Source: a virus (lineage: Duplodnaviria > Caudoviricetes). Taken from it: a DNA stretch of 62,337 nt. Under the pieces are notes generated by a model. The model saw only the letters and a list, made by a program, of their open reading frames with translations, was not told the DNA's origin and did not search any database. Shown one piece after another: positions 34,910 to 44,746 of the stretch. Both the position numbers and the translations under genes were made by a program. How positions within the stretch are numbered: position 1 is the stretch's first letter; each line of letters opens with the position of its first letter. The stretch covers positions 1-62,337 of the IMG/VR virus record IMGVR_UViG_3300025128_000029. The stretch is one strand, 5' to 3'.

Positions 34910-35905
34910 CTACTCAATGTTTAAGAACTGCTTGTATTGGCTACCTATTATTATAGGGTCGTGTAATTTAAGAGCATTATACCCATTTTCTCTAATTGAT
35001 GGTATAGAATCAGAGTAAGCCCCATTGAGTATAGTAGCCAACTCTTCTGCAGAGCCAACAGCAAAACAGTTATAATCAGGCTTCATATCATCAGGTTCGT
35101 CAAGTATCCACTTATTATGTATAATAGGAATACATCCTGCATTCCAAGATTCTAAAGCTGTGTATTGTGTTCCACCACCATCACCCACTATTTGCGTCAT
35201 ATCTACATTAAACACATAATCTTGCATTAACTTAAACGCAAAATCATTTTCTCTAGGGTAATGGGCTTTAGATTGTACCCACTCTGGATACTTTGGCACA
35301 ATTTTAAACCGAGTAAAAATTCTGTTTTCAAAACCTCTTATATTTATTTTCTTATCTTCAGTTAATAACCTATTAGCATCTAATAATATTTCAGTGTGCT
35401 TATCAAAATCAATACGCGAAGTACTTACAGCACCCTTTCTATCAAGGTTAGTATGTTTAGGAAAAGGTGTATAAGGGTGACGGATAAAGGTTGCCCCCTC
35501 AAAAGTTCTTGCACCTATTTGTCTAATAACAACACACCTTTTAGGGTCTAAATCAACAGGTAAGTTTTTTAATTCAGTTGGGTCATGAACAACGATACTT
35601 GCACCTATATCGTACAATAGCTGTGTTTCTTCTTTAAACTGCTTTGCCCCAGCGACAACTAACTTAATCGTTTCTTTGTACTCGTTGTTTACAATAGTTT
35701 TACGATTCCTAGCCTCAGCCATAGAAATATTTCTATAATGTTTACCATAACCAAACTCACGGCTTTTGCGTTCACTCTTTGGTCTTATCTTAAACAGGGT
35801 ACACTTAACTCCTACTGCTTCAAGGGCTTCCATCAAATGATTAGTATAAGTAACCCAACCTCCATACGGATTAGGGCTTAAATAAAATAAATCTACATGT
35901 GTCAT
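34910..35905 (-). CDS. GT-B fold glycosyltransferase (GT4-like), putative DNA glycosyltransferase
   Basis: PYGGWVTYTNHL N-terminal loop, VVHDP, TSRIDFDKH, GGGTQYTALESWNAGCIPI; ATGA overlap gives start 35905. Confidence 0.7.
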   Translation of the reverse strand: MTHVDLFYLSPNPYGGWVTYTNHLMEALEAVGVKCTLFKIRPKSERKSREFGYGKHYRNISMAEARNRKTIVNNEYKETIKLVVAGAKQFKEETQLLYDIGASIVVHDPTELKNLPVDLDPKRCVVIRQIGARTFEGATFIRHPYTPFPKHTNLDRKGAVSTSRIDFDKHTEILLDANRLLTEDKKINIRGFENRIFTRFKIVPKYPEWVQSKAHYPRENDFAFKLMQDYVFNVDMTQIVGDGGGTQYTALESWNAGCIPIIHNKWILDEPDDMKPDYNCFAVGSAEELATILNGAYSDSIPSIRENGYNALKLHDPIIIGSQYKQFLNIE

Positions 35906-36816
35906 GCTACAGGTCCTTCCAATGTTTTCCATTTGTTGTAATTTAAAAGTGAACTAAGATGGGCATCGTACTTACTACGAGGTGTACCTTGCCCTAATCT
36001 AACTCTTTCATACTTATCCCACTCACACAGGCTATGCTCTATAGTTCGCATATCTACGTTTTCAATGGAGACTACATTTCTAGTACCCTGTGCAATATCT
36101 AATACTTTTTTCATTTCTATATTAGACTGAACAGCAGTTAGTCCTTTAGTAAGGGGTCTATCGTATAACCTGTTTAAACCTCGTTTTGCTCCTGGACCTG
36201 CGTTCGCCCAAGTAAAACGGTCTGTCGCCTCGTCCAGTATGCGTGTGTAGTTGAGATCGGTAACCACTTCGTAAGACATAAAGCCCCCTCCACCCCACCC
36301 ACGATAGGCAGACATCGCATGGTGTAAGGCTTGTAACGACTGAGTGTTGGTCGCAATCTCGGCAAGTTTTTCTTTGCTTTCCCAAATAGGGGTGAGGAAA
36401 TGGTCAACTACAACTTCTCCTTTAGGTAACTTTAACCCTTGATTAGTTATAATATATGCTCCTGTAAAAGTTCGCAACTTCTTAGCCAATCGTTCGGCGA
36501 TTAATTGCTTAGTATATTCAGGATCCCACTTTGAAGCCCAACCATGAGCCTCAGCAAACTCAGTTGTACCAACCATTCTAAACAAACAACAGTTAAATAT
36601 TATTTCGCCATCGGGTTTATTATGGTTTGGGTTTGTCCAGTTCTGACGCATCCATATAGTAACCTTATCGTTTTCACGGAAAGGGTTTGTAAATTTATAC
36701 TCTTGGAGTATTTTATCTTTTGTAAAGGGAGGTGGATCACCAATTACTTTTTTTCGGTAAATAGCATGTCGCTCATTTATCCAATAAAAGAACCTTTCTA
36801 AGTTCTCTATGTTCAC
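35902..36816 (-). CDS. aGPT-Pplase1-like DNA base hypermodification protein (HhH glycosylase-derived)
   Basis: FFYWINERHAIY.KK..G.PPP.T.D.ILQ.YKFTN.FRENDKVT, FTGAYII, FMSYEVVTDL, ANAGPGAKRGL, EH.LCEWDKY.R. Confidence 0.8.
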   Translation of the reverse strand: MNIENLERFFYWINERHAIYRKKVIGDPPPFTKDKILQEYKFTNPFRENDKVTIWMRQNWTNPNHNKPDGEIIFNCCLFRMVGTTEFAEAHGWASKWDPEYTKQLIAERLAKKLRTFTGAYIITNQGLKLPKGEVVVDHFLTPIWESKEKLAEIATNTQSLQALHHAMSAYRGWGGGGFMSYEVVTDLNYTRILDEATDRFTWANAGPGAKRGLNRLYDRPLTKGLTAVQSNIEMKKVLDIAQGTRNVVSIENVDMRTIEHSLCEWDKYERVRLGQGTPRSKYDAHLSSLLNYNKWKTLEGPVA

Positions 36817-36818
36817 AA

Positions 36819-37430
36819 TTACTCTCCCATACCTAGCTGGATTACTTTGTTTTGAATAGCAATAGTAATATCTCTGGCACTTCCTGGAGAAGGCTCTAGC
36901 TTACGCAAAGATTGTAATGCTTCACCTAAAGTATCAGAGTTTAAAATAACCATCATATTTCTATAACGATTTGTACCCTCACGCATAGGGGGTGAATCCA
37001 TAAGCTTTTTTATTTTTACATGAGGTTCTAACTTATGAATAGGCATAGATGTCAATGTTCCATCAGCAACTATGTTTAAGACTTCTTTGGTAGCTTCTGG
37101 TGTTAATTCAGTCATTTTCTTTCCTTCTGTTTTTTCTATAGGTTTATATTTTTTGGAGTGTGTTTCCACATATTCAAAAAAGTTAGTATAATGTTGGTCT
37201 TCGTTATACTTGTGAAAATGATATTGGTTACAGGCTACAAGAATCCACTTTAAATCTTCAGCAGAATAATCCCTTTGTAACTGTTGTATATCAGAGAAGA
37301 CAATACTATACTCATTAACTTCTTTACACTCTTTACTTGCACTTAATGTAGGAAAATGAAAAAAGCTATAAGCTGTATTCTTCCCACTATTATTATCGTT
37401 TTCTAAAACGATGTACACTTGTCTTGCCAT
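36819..37430 (-). CDS. hypothetical protein heading the modification operon
   Basis: start MARQVY after AGAAAGG; C-terminal PMREGTNR...TLGEAL...DI..AI....IQL domain. Confidence 0.55.
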   Translation of the reverse strand: MARQVYIVLENDNNSGKNTAYSFFHFPTLSASKECKEVNEYSIVFSDIQQLQRDYSAEDLKWILVACNQYHFHKYNEDQHYTNFFEYVETHSKKYKPIEKTEGKKMTELTPEATKEVLNIVADGTLTSMPIHKLEPHVKIKKLMDSPPMREGTNRYRNMMVILNSDTLGEALQSLRKLEPSPGSARDITIAIQNKVIQLGMGE

Positions 37431-37513
37431 GTATCTTTCCTTTCTATGAAAAAATGCCAATGTTCATATTCTGCAATATGCACATTGGCATGACAAGGTT
37501 TATTTTGTCGGTA

Positions 37514-38536
37514 TTAAGATGCGTACTCTAGCACTTTAGTTAATGCTTTTCTCTTAGTATTAGCACCTGTCCCAAACCATGCAGAGTGTAAAGAATTACC
37601 TATTACATTGGACTTTTTCTCATGGTCAACAACATAAGTCACTGCATTCAATGCTCCCCACCAAGTGCCTTTAGCAGACTTTAGCTGGGATCCTGGGGAA
37701 GTTTCTATAGCATCAAGAACATTTTCAGCAGTACGAGAAAACTCATCTCGTAGGGGTGGTAAACTTTCAAAACTGTCGGACTTACCTCGCTCTATAAGCA
37801 ATTTAGGTTGAAGTAACTCAGCAATAAAATTATCAAGGTCAGCAGATTTGTATTGCTTACTAGATAAAAACTCTGATTGCTCTTGGAAAGCTTTCATTTG
37901 TTGCCCTGAAAGACCTAATGCCTCCTCAGCAGCTTTTATAATTTCTTCGTCGAACATTTGTAAATGTAGAACTCTGAAACGTTCACCGTCAGCACCAAGT
38001 GCCATTGTCAAGGTGTTGTTACAAACAACTCGTATCGGTGTAAACATAATAGTCATAGCTTTACCAACTTGGTGACTATTATTTATTAATAGGTAACCTT
38101 TAACTTCGTCGTCACCTGAAAGCTTAAACTTGTCAGTTAGTTTTGCTAACCCCCAAATGTCCTTGCCCTCTTTTAAGCTTCCTGCAGTTTCCATTTGCAT
38201 TTGCCCTGCGTCAGTAAACTTTTTGAAAAAGTCCATAACTTCTGCATTTTGAAATGGTACATAACCATCACCACAAGAACTTAAAACCTTGTTGTCACTG
38301 TCACGCACTAAATGGTAACTGTCAGGGCAACGAATAAAGTTCGCTTCCCCTGAAGGGTCAAGTATATTCCAAACATCTGGTTTGTCTGGAACGTAGGAAG
38401 GTCGTTTGCTAACTGTCCAGTTTAACTTCGCAGCTTCTAACATTTGTTCAGGTGTCATGTCTGATGAAACCTGTTCGCCTAGACCATGCCATGGAACGTT
38501 TCCTGCATAAGCCATTGTTTCTATTTCGTGTGCCAT
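37514..38536 (-). CDS. DUF932 family protein
   Basis: MAHEIE...PWHGLG...L.WTV...Y.PFQN...ETAGSL..G...TPIRVVCNNTL...GTWWGALNAVT. Confidence 0.85.
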   Translation of the reverse strand: MAHEIETMAYAGNVPWHGLGEQVSSDMTPEQMLEAAKLNWTVSKRPSYVPDKPDVWNILDPSGEANFIRCPDSYHLVRDSDNKVLSSCGDGYVPFQNAEVMDFFKKFTDAGQMQMETAGSLKEGKDIWGLAKLTDKFKLSGDDEVKGYLLINNSHQVGKAMTIMFTPIRVVCNNTLTMALGADGERFRVLHLQMFDEEIIKAAEEALGLSGQQMKAFQEQSEFLSSKQYKSADLDNFIAELLQPKLLIERGKSDSFESLPPLRDEFSRTAENVLDAIETSPGSQLKSAKGTWWGALNAVTYVVDHEKKSNVIGNSLHSAWFGTGANTKRKALTKVLEYAS

Positions 38537-38552
38537 AATAATATACTCCTTT

Positions 38553-38864
38553 CTAATGAGTAGTTGGTTGATGTTGCACAGTTGGTAGTGAATCGAAAGT
38601 TTTAAAGGGTATATCTAAAAAACCCCTTTGCCCCTCTGCACCAAGTAAAACTTCTACACGCATTTCATGGTCATTGTGGGGCATACTAAAGGTAATAGGA
38701 AACTTAACATCTTCACCATAAGTAAATATCAATGTACTGAGGGCTTTTTTGTCAAGTGCTCTATTGCGTTTAGTTCTGTGGGCTACATTGTTTGCTCTAG
38801 TAAGACTTTGCTTAGTAAAGTATTTGTAGCTGTCTTGTTGTGTAAGCATTATATTCCTTTCCAT
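38553..38864 (-). CDS. hypothetical protein
   Basis: 103-aa ORF. Confidence 0.5.
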   Translation of the reverse strand: MERNIMLTQQDSYKYFTKQSLTRANNVAHRTKRNRALDKKALSTLIFTYGEDVKFPITFSMPHNDHEMRVEVLLGAEGQRGFLDIPFKTFDSLPTVQHQPTTH

Positions 38865-38923
38865 AATGTTTTGTTGCTATTAAGTATTAATAAAACATTT
38901 AGTTTAGATTGATAACTCTTTTG

Positions 38924-40441
38924 TTATCCAGTTGGTATTGAGTACCCACGACTAAACATTGGATGGATCAAGTGTAGGTTTTGCTTGGCTCTTGTTAAAC
39001 CAACATACCAAACCCTCGCTTCATCTTCATCAAAAGTACTAATCTTCCTCCACATAGAATAAGGTCTACGCATAGTATCAGTTAAAAGCATTACATTTGT
39101 AGCTTGAGCTCCTTTAGCTGAATGAATAGTAGATATCCGTATGCGTGGATCCTCTGTTAAAGACTCACCTTTTTTCAAACAAGCTTTTATGTAAGACCTG
39201 TCTTTTTGGGGAATTTTACCTAAACTTTCATCCCACGGACGAGTATGTAAAAGCCCATGCTCTTTTAATAGATCTTCTATACTATACATTACTCCTTGCT
39301 CGCCATTAGGCATCGCCTTATAGCCATAAGCGACTTCTGTGTTAAACAGCATCTGTTTAAACACTATTCGGACCTCATCAGCCGATTTTTTATCACCTTT
39401 ACGCAAAGACTCCCAGATGCGAACACTTTCTAATACTTTACTATCTATACTTTTAGAGCCATTATAGGTATAAAGGTGTCCACGTCTGCGAACTTCTTCC
39501 TCAATTTGTTGAGCTCCTTTAGTTGTTCTACTGAGAAGTAACCAGTCGCCTTGTGCTAAGTCAACTTCTTCGGAGTGCCTATGCCAATCCAAATAACCCA
39601 ACTCATCTTTTGGTTGAAAGGATTTTTCCCTGCGACCGACAACCCTCTTGATAACTTCATTACACAATGCGTGATGCTTGGAAGGAATTCTATAACTTTG
39701 TTTGAGAAAAGTGACATCACCAACCAAATTAACAAAGTGAGATACATCTGCTCCTGCATAACGGAAGATGGCTTGATCATCGTCTCCTGCAACGTAGCAG
39801 ATTTTGCTATTAGCCTGTAGTAGACTTACCATTTTCCATTGTAAGGGAGATAAATCTTGTGCTTCATCTATAAACACTACCTCTAGTTTAGGGGCAAGAT
39901 TTCTTTCTACAAAAGTTTCTAACATATCTGTGTAATCAAATAAACCAAATGAATTTTTCCAATGAGTTAATCCTCTGTGTACATAATCTACTCTAGCCCA
40001 ATCTGTTTTTAAGGGGACTATACTTTCATTATAAACTTTCCTCAAAGGTTGCTGCAAGATTCTAGATATGTTTATAATTTCTAAAAATTTATCGCCATAC
40101 CCAAAATCCTTGTATGGACCTTGATCAGTAGAATCGCTATAAAAGCCTCCTATCTTTAACCAATCAGCTATCTCTTGGTACTTTTCCCCTGTTATAATCT
40201 GACTGTGAGTTAGTCCAGCTTGCAAAAAAGCTAAACTGTGCAGAGTTCTAAAAAAAGGTAATTGTTTTTTATTGAAGTTGAATTTAAGGCAAGCCCGATC
40301 AATAGCTTCAGTTGCTGCTCTTCGGGTAAAAGCAAAATAGCCTATCCTATCAGGGGCTACACCTGAACTTAAATACTGTTCTACTAAATTCAATAGCTTA
40401 GTAGTCTTCCCTGTTCCAGGAGGACCGAGCACTATCTTCAT
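38924..40441 (-). CDS. UvrD/Rep-like SF1 helicase
   Basis: GPPGTGKT, AFTRRAA, DEAQD, GDDDQAIF, STIHSAKG, YVGLTRAK. Confidence 0.9.
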   Translation of the reverse strand: MKIVLGPPGTGKTTKLLNLVEQYLSSGVAPDRIGYFAFTRRAATEAIDRACLKFNFNKKQLPFFRTLHSLAFLQAGLTHSQIITGEKYQEIADWLKIGGFYSDSTDQGPYKDFGYGDKFLEIINISRILQQPLRKVYNESIVPLKTDWARVDYVHRGLTHWKNSFGLFDYTDMLETFVERNLAPKLEVVFIDEAQDLSPLQWKMVSLLQANSKICYVAGDDDQAIFRYAGADVSHFVNLVGDVTFLKQSYRIPSKHHALCNEVIKRVVGRREKSFQPKDELGYLDWHRHSEEVDLAQGDWLLLSRTTKGAQQIEEEVRRRGHLYTYNGSKSIDSKVLESVRIWESLRKGDKKSADEVRIVFKQMLFNTEVAYGYKAMPNGEQGVMYSIEDLLKEHGLLHTRPWDESLGKIPQKDRSYIKACLKKGESLTEDPRIRISTIHSAKGAQATNVMLLTDTMRRPYSMWRKISTFDEDEARVWYVGLTRAKQNLHLIHPMFSRGYSIPTG

Positions 40442-41086
40442 TTACTTTTCTTTCTTCGTTTTCCAAAAATACTCATCAGTATCACCTAATCTAGTATTAT
40501 TACCATTCTCTACCTGATAAAAAACTGTACTCACCTTAAAGTCGGGATTGATAGGTTTTTCAGGGGTCAAACTATTATCATATACTCGCATTCTATTATT
40601 AGGGTATAAGCAAAACTGTCCGTTTTCTAACTCTAGTAAGTTAAAAGATTTATGCTCCTCGGGATTCTCACTTGTACTATAATCAATCGAGTCGGGATCG
40701 GCATGATAGTTATCTATCGTACAAACATAATATCCTTTTTGTATGCCAAAATCTCTGGTTAATATTTCAAAATCCATACTACCGATAAATTGTTTGTGTA
40801 TAGCTGTAACATTGTAATCCATACAATTCCAAAACTGTAAGTTGTTAAGGGGCATGTCGGGTTTTGGTGGCTTTTTAGAAGCAACAAAAGCACTGATTGG
40901 TAACTTATCAAACAAAGCACCATAATCAGGTAAATAAGTTTCAAAGTAAAATGCTCTCCCAGGAATAGATTTGCATGAAGTCCATATTCCAGCAACATAC
41001 TCGCCATGTCCATCATTATGGTCTCTTAAATATTCTTTTCTAACCCAAACTTTTTGTGCTGGAAGATTACATATCAACTCTGCCAT
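40442..41086 (-). CDS. conserved phage hypothetical protein
   Basis: VRKEYL.D...GHGE...KSIPGRA..FE...KLPISAF...EHKSFN...PNNR. Confidence 0.65.
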   Translation of the reverse strand: MAELICNLPAQKVWVRKEYLRDHNDGHGEYVAGIWTSCKSIPGRAFYFETYLPDYGALFDKLPISAFVASKKPPKPDMPLNNLQFWNCMDYNVTAIHKQFIGSMDFEILTRDFGIQKGYYVCTIDNYHADPDSIDYSTSENPEEHKSFNLLELENGQFCLYPNNRMRVYDNSLTPEKPINPDFKVSTVFYQVENGNNTRLGDTDEYFWKTKKEK

Positions 41087-41328
41087 TAATCAACAAACTC
41101 CTCTAATGCTGTTTTTAATGAATGAAGATGAACAAATACAGGGGTGTCTTCGCCAACCCATGCACCAATAACATTATAAGACATCCATTCTTCTGCTTCG
41201 TCTTCACTCATCTTGTCTCGTTTCATTAAAATTTTTATACATTTAGAGTAATCATAAACAGCGACAACGATATTAAATCTGCAACCTGTACCAATAAAAG
41301 CTTTCTCAAATCCATCAGCTAACATCAT
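41086..41328 (-). CDS. conserved phage hypothetical protein
   Basis: ADGFEKAFIG...VYDY.KC...EAEEW...NV.GAWVG..TP.F. Confidence 0.6.
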   Translation of the reverse strand: MMLADGFEKAFIGTGCRFNIVVAVYDYSKCIKILMKRDKMSEDEAEEWMSYNVIGAWVGEDTPVFVHLHSLKTALEEFVD

Positions 41329-42863
41329 TATATCAAACCTGAACCTTTGGGTAGGTCGGGAATTTTTATTTCTACATCGTCAGTATCAAAATATTCTTGT
41401 GGTAAAGACCATACATGAATACCCTTGTTTTTAATTCTCCAAAACATTTTATCTGCCCCTAAATCTCTTAACCTTAATGTTATTTTATTAGAAGTATAAT
41501 GGTTGAAATCGTTTACAGACAAATGTTTTTTAACATCTTTTATTTGAAAATAAACTCTGCCCTCAACCCATACAGCAACTCCTTGAATAATTTCCTCTTT
41601 CTCTTCACCTTTGGCTCTTTCACAACAAAAAGCATGAAGTAAATCTTCAAACTCTCCTTTAAGTGTAGCATCAGGTGGAACTTCTACAATAGTTACTTTA
41701 TCTAACAAAGCTTGTATTCTTGTTTGCCAAGCCCTCTGGCTAATAGTAATCGGGAATTTATTTATTTGTGCAACACACTCCCTTTGAAACTGAGTCTGTG
41801 CTGTTAAACCACTTGTAGATAATTCAACCCTTTGATCATCTACGTTTAATATCCATATAGCAGGATCACCATCTATTTTAGTTAAGCTACTTAAATCGTT
41901 ACTAACTGTATTCGGACCTACACCATACTTCCGTGTCTTACAAACTTCTTTATCACAAAAAGGTTTTATTGGTTGGTCTTCACATTTATAAAAATATTCT
42001 TTTTTGTTAAGCTGTTTGATAACAGTGCCTACTTCACTATGACTCAAGGGTGGGGAAAAGTAATCTATATTATATTTTTGTATTAAAGTTTCCCAATTAT
42101 TTTCATCAAATCTTCTAGCATAAACACCCAAGTTAAACAGAGCATTATTGCGTGAACCCTCAGCAAATCCCTTACTACATAAATGTTGTAAGCATGGTGG
42201 ACCTTCCTCAAGAACACCCTCTTTTACTCCAAAGCTAAATTGTAACTTCATAAATTCTTTAGGGGTAATCCTGTTTCTCTTTGCATACTCTATAAAAGCT
42301 GTTGTTAACATTGTTGTGCCTTTTTCATCAAAAGCATAACGAGTAGTTTTATCCCCTGCATGATAAGGCATATTTAAAAAGTTACCTGTATCTCCTCGCT
42401 CTACTAATATAGTAGATTGCTTAGGAAATATCTCACAACCAGAATGACCTAGAGCTGCTGATAATTCTGTCATCTTGCGTTGCATATCAATAGCTTCAAT
42501 AGACTCTGTTAAAAATACCCATACATGAGCTCCACCACTTTTAGTCCTGCCTACAACAGCAGGGATATTATTGTTATGTAAAATATCGCATAATTCTTTA
42601 TGGTCAATATCATACTTATCAATATCTATTGCACCCCATTGACATTGGTTATCGCTTCGTATTGGGATAATACCTATACCTGTTCCTCCTGTTAGATGTT
42701 CTTTCCACATATCAACAGTAGTAGGCTCTTTTATAACCTTTGCAGTACCTTGTTTTTTACCACCTCCAGGACGGCTTGTGTTTACTATAAATGTTCCATG
42801 AGCAATATCACTGCCCTTAAACAAGTCAAAAAATTCTTGTGCTAAATCCATTAGTTTCTCCAA
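41328..42863 (-). CDS. primase (AEP/primase-polymerase-like with PriCT-like domain)
   Basis: HL.G..GIG..PI, IDID, RTKSGGAH, EIFPKQ, GNFLNMPY, PPCL, RNNALFN. Confidence 0.8.
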   Translation of the reverse strand: MEKLMDLAQEFFDLFKGSDIAHGTFIVNTSRPGGGKKQGTAKVIKEPTTVDMWKEHLTGGTGIGIIPIRSDNQCQWGAIDIDKYDIDHKELCDILHNNNIPAVVGRTKSGGAHVWVFLTESIEAIDMQRKMTELSAALGHSGCEIFPKQSTILVERGDTGNFLNMPYHAGDKTTRYAFDEKGTTMLTTAFIEYAKRNRITPKEFMKLQFSFGVKEGVLEEGPPCLQHLCSKGFAEGSRNNALFNLGVYARRFDENNWETLIQKYNIDYFSPPLSHSEVGTVIKQLNKKEYFYKCEDQPIKPFCDKEVCKTRKYGVGPNTVSNDLSSLTKIDGDPAIWILNVDDQRVELSTSGLTAQTQFQRECVAQINKFPITISQRAWQTRIQALLDKVTIVEVPPDATLKGEFEDLLHAFCCERAKGEEKEEIIQGVAVWVEGRVYFQIKDVKKHLSVNDFNHYTSNKITLRLRDLGADKMFWRIKNKGIHVWSLPQEYFDTDDVEIKIPDLPKGSGLI

Positions 42864-42870
42864 AAAGGGT

Positions 42871-42895
42871 GAGGGCTACATAACTTGTAGCCCTC
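42871..42895 (-). terminator. hairpin/terminator after SSB-like gene
   Basis: GAGGGCTACA-TAACT-TGTAGCCCTC. Confidence 0.65.
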
Positions 42896-42928
42896 GCAGT
42901 TGTAAGGTGATCAGTCCTTCCAACCGAA

Positions 42929-43723
42929 CTAAAATGGTATATCGTCTTTTACTTCTTGTGAGGCTGGCTCAGCAGAGGGTTCTTTTACTTCTACTTCTCC
43001 AGCTTGCACAGATTTAGCAAAAGCTATCGCAGCATCAAACATGTGCTTCTCATGGTTATTGGCTAAGTCTATTTGTTTTTCTTTATTAATAACCCAACCA
43101 AACCAAGAACCCATATCGTTCTGCTCGGGAACTGTAGTAAGCTTATATAAATGGGACATCATAGGTAAAGTGTACGGACCATTCTTACCCATCGCTGTTA
43201 AAGCATTCATTTGTGTAATCCAACGTCTGGACTTCTTTAACTGTGTACTAGACATAGTTATTAAAGCACGACTGAAACTACCATCAGCAGTTGCTAATAA
43301 TACAAAGTGTTGAGCAGTATTAGAAAGTAAATTACCATTTGGTAATACATCTGCATTTTTATCGTTTTTTGTAGTTGTCTTTACTATTGGGTCATCAGGT
43401 AAATAGCTACCCATGTATCCACCACCAGACTCACGAGGTTTCCACTCAATAAACCTACGATTAAAATAACAAGGCATCACAGAAACACCTACTTCACCAT
43501 CGTAAACTTCATTAGCTACTGTATTATATATCATTCCTGGCTCAGCACCATCAACATATGCACCATCTCTTTTGTTTACCTGTGGTGAACCTTTATCAAG
43601 AATACGCAAAAATGGTATAGACATATCCTCTGCACTTACTTCAGCAAACCCTGTTACTGAAACATCTTCAAACGCACTCATTGCAAGCTGAGTGCTTTGC
43701 TTTTCAACTATTTCTTTAGCCAT
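42929..43723 (-). CDS. single-stranded DNA-binding protein-like
   Basis: IPFLRIL...SPQV, MSSTQLKKSRRW, acidic C-terminal DDIPF. Confidence 0.7.
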   Translation of the reverse strand: MAKEIVEKQSTQLAMSAFEDVSVTGFAEVSAEDMSIPFLRILDKGSPQVNKRDGAYVDGAEPGMIYNTVANEVYDGEVGVSVMPCYFNRRFIEWKPRESGGGYMGSYLPDDPIVKTTTKNDKNADVLPNGNLLSNTAQHFVLLATADGSFSRALITMSSTQLKKSRRWITQMNALTAMGKNGPYTLPMMSHLYKLTTVPEQNDMGSWFGWVINKEKQIDLANNHEKHMFDAAIAFAKSVQAGEVEVKEPSAEPASQEVKDDIPF

Positions 43724-44265
43724 TATCTTTCCTTCCGTTTAATTTTAGTTTTATAACCCACATAAACACCAAAGGTGTCCATCGGGATTGTGCTTATTTG
43801 TTCTTTTGCAAAAGCTTTCAATGTCATTGGTTCAACCCACTTTCTTGTATTTACAGGTAAACCTCTGCTATTTAGTTCGTCAGCAAAATCTTCGGCTATT
43901 TGTTCTTGTCCACGCACAAAGTTTGTAGAAACAACATTCTTTATAAGGTCGCCGTGACCATTATTATTAAGCCAAGCAAAAGCTTCATCCTGCTTGTCTT
44001 TTGGTATACTCGCTGAAACATACTCAGATACAGTGATTTCTGCACCATCATGTAGTTCCAACTTTTTGAGGTTATGCTCCATCATCGCTGCTGGTAGCTG
44101 ATCCTCTGTTACCTCTCGGTAAGCCTTTTCTTTTTCTTTAAGTTCGGCTTTTAACCTTACGATATCATCTTCCATAGCAGAAGCCATTGTAGCAAGTTTG
44201 CTAATCTGGCTCATACCTGTTTCAGTAATACCTTTAAGGTTGTCGGCTGCTGATTCAAAGTCCAT
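43723..44265 (-). CDS. conserved replication-module protein
   Basis: LP..M.E...AFAWL...GHGDLIKN...VEPMTLKAF. Confidence 0.65.
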   Translation of the reverse strand: MDFESAADNLKGITETGMSQISKLATMASAMEDDIVRLKAELKEKEKAYREVTEDQLPAAMMEHNLKKLELHDGAEITVSEYVSASIPKDKQDEAFAWLNNNGHGDLIKNVVSTNFVRGQEQIAEDFADELNSRGLPVNTRKWVEPMTLKAFAKEQISTIPMDTFGVYVGYKTKIKRKER

Positions 44266-44590
44266 TAATACCTCCTTTCGGTTTATAATTACAATCGGCA
44301 GTAAGAGGGAAATACTTATTTTCTTGCCTATCCCACTTCAGCATTTTAAACCTTCCATTATTAGCACGACTCGCTAGTACAGCAGATAAAGCTATCGCTG
44401 CTGGATCTCCTGCTAATAACAAATAGTCATCGTCTGTGAACTTGTTAAGTCTCTGTTGTAGCCTACGGATCGTAGGTTGTGTTGAAAAACTTGTTTGTTC
44501 ACCATCAGGTAATAGTATCTCTAAATCCCCAAAGTTTTGAGCATCTGTAAGATCCCTACCTCGCATTTCTTGTACAATGTAAACGGTCAT
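44255..44590 (-). CDS. conserved hypothetical protein
   Basis: start MTVYIVQE after GGAG; A..FG.L, DDYLLLAGDP, LKWDR. Confidence 0.65.
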   Translation of the reverse strand: MTVYIVQEMRGRDLTDAQNFGDLEILLPDGEQTSFSTQPTIRRLQQRLNKFTDDDYLLLAGDPAAIALSAVLASRANNGRFKMLKWDRQENKYFPLTADCNYKPKGGINGL

Positions 44591-44746
44591 GTCTTTCTCC
44601 ACATGTTTTAACATAAGTAAACCTAGCATATTAAAATGCGATTTACGTTTCTTGTTTTATCTAAACTACTTTTTTCTATAAATAGTTTTACTTATTAGTA
44701 CCAAAATAAAAAAGTTGTGCTACTTTTTTTAAATCCGTTTTTATCT

